Source of the DNA: an uncultured Spirochaetota bacterium
GTDB lineage: Bacteria > Spirochaetota > Spirochaetia > SZUA-6 > Fen-1364
Assembly: GCA_963768665.1 (NCBI GenBank)
Contig: CAVYIU010000009.1
Location: 434,821-498,820 of the forward strand
DNA: 64,000 nt
Direction of reading: 5' to 3'
Shown here: one piece after another, positions 62,994-64,000 of the stretch
Position numbering within the stretch: the stretch's first letter is position 1
Layout: each line of letters begins with the position of its first letter
Made by a program: the position numbers and the translations under genes
The notes under the pieces: model-generated
Database searches by the model: none
The model's input: the letters and a program-made list of their open reading frames with translations, nothing else
What the model was told of the DNA's origin: nothing

Positions 62994-63992
62994 CTATTGC
63001 CGCGCCAGGGCGACCCTGAAACCGAGGTAGGGCGTGCACCAGTCGGCCGGCTGAGATCCCCGGGTGGAGACCTTCTCGGCGCCTGACTGGTTGCCCCATC
63101 CGCCGCCTCGCACCGATCTGTCCGGGCCGACCGGCAAAGCCCGCTCCATTGCCGCGTTCGCCGCGGGGTCAAAGGAGCTCAGGAGAAAGGAGGTGCGGTT
63201 GAACGGGTCAGCGCACCACTCCCAGACGTTCCCGATCGTGTCACGCAGGCCATAGCCGTTGGGCTCCGACGCACCGACAGGGGAGGGTCCCGTGATTCCC
63301 TTGGAGGCGAAGACGGCGCTGCCGATTTTCGTTCCCAGGGGGTAGGGCATGCCGCGCAGCCCGCCGCGCGCAGCCCACTCCCACTCTGATTCCAGCGGGA
63401 GCCGGGCGACGTATCCGGGGAGGGCGGATGCCGCGCGCCGCGTGAGCCACTCGCAGAAAGCCTGCGCCGCGTACCAGGAGACGCCGGCCACCGGAAGGTT
63501 CTCGCCGCCGGCAGCGGGGCGGCCATTGCTCCATGCCGCCAGGTAGCCGTCGGTGACGAGTCCTTTCGCCATGAGAGCGCTGGTATTCGCCGGCGCCCAG
63601 TCCGCGTTCTCCGCGAGGAAACGCTGGTACGATGCGTTGGTCACCTCGGTCGTGCCGAGGTAGAAACCCTGGACGCGGACCGGGTGGAGGAGATCCCTTC
63701 CGAACGATCTTCCCAGAGAGGCGGCGTCCATGTCGGCACCCATGACGAGGTCACCCGGGGGCACCGACTGGAACGGGATTCCCGCCACGGCGATCGAGCC
63801 GCCCCCGCCGCCGCTGCTCGTGCCCGGGTGGTACAGGACGCCGAGGGACTTCACGTAGGCGGCGGCATAGGACTGCACCCACGCTGTTTTTGCAAGGACG
63901 TCCTGGTTCTTCCTGGACAACGTGAGGAGGAGATACGCGGGCAGGTTGTCCATCCCGGCGGTCATGCGTGCCGCGTTCTGCGCAAGGGACAC
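62994..63992 (-). CDS. formylglycine-generating enzyme (SUMF1/EgtB/PvdO) family protein; N-terminus may extend past the window end
   Basis: GYGLRDTIGNVWEWC and RSVRGGGWGN are FGE-sulfatase family motifs. Confidence 0.7.
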   Translation of the reverse strand: MSLAQNAARMTAGMDNLPAYLLLTLSRKNQDVLAKTAWVQSYAAAYVKSLGVLYHPGTSSGGGGGSIAVAGIPFQSVPPGDLVMGADMDAASLGRSFGRDLLHPVRVQGFYLGTTEVTNASYQRFLAENADWAPANTSALMAKGLVTDGYLAAWSNGRPAAGGENLPVAGVSWYAAQAFCEWLTRRAASALPGYVARLPLESEWEWAARGGLRGMPYPLGTKIGSAVFASKGITGPSPVGASEPNGYGLRDTIGNVWEWCADPFNRTSFLLSSFDPAANAAMERALPVGPDRSVRGGGWGNQSGAEKVSTRGSQPADWCTPYLGFRVALARQ

Positions 63993-64000
63993 GAGGGAAG

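Overview
This window is a high-GC (about 65%) bacterial chromosomal segment in two parts. The first ~20 kb is housekeeping core; the remaining ~42 kb is an accessory region bounded by the 3' ends of tRNA-Asn and tmRNA.

Core, 1-20.2 kb: a sugar ABC substrate-binding protein (truncated at the window edge), a ROK regulator, an MrfB-like exonuclease and an MrfA-like helicase as an operon, glgC, mfd, ftsH, trpS, a long-form pfk, metK, a radical-SAM enzyme, and tRNA-Asn(GTT) followed by a rho-independent terminator.

Accessory region, ~20.3-62.0 kb, with lower GC (about 48-60%): immediately after the tRNA sit a frameshifted tyrosine integrase, an AlpA-like excisionase, a tRNA-like 3' fragment and a second intact integrase. 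These are followed by a four-gene minus-strand cassette that I read as an R-M-like anti-phage system: a DUF499 ATPase, a DUF3780-like protein, a DUF1156 N6-adenine methyltransferase, and a PLD-nuclease/SNF2 helicase. Further on are a translationally coupled DGQHR (DndB/ParB-like) protein and an unknown partner, a PplA-like double FMN-binding lipoprotein, an Mrr-like nuclease-domain protein, IS110 and IS1182 transposases, an HNH-like ORF, the rfbACDB dTDP-rhamnose operon, a Pcm-domain protein with a membrane spermidine-synthase-like protein, four PIN-domain (VapC) toxin-antitoxin pairs interleaved with TraB, an orthocaspase and a small methyltransferase, a tannase-like hydrolase, then ssrA (tmRNA, tag ANNADYALAA) with smpB, and a formylglycine-generating-enzyme family gene.

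Many genes, including the essential ftsH, carry single-base indel frameshifts. I take these as assembly errors rather than pseudogenes. Several gene boundaries are therefore approximate. No CRISPR array was seen.
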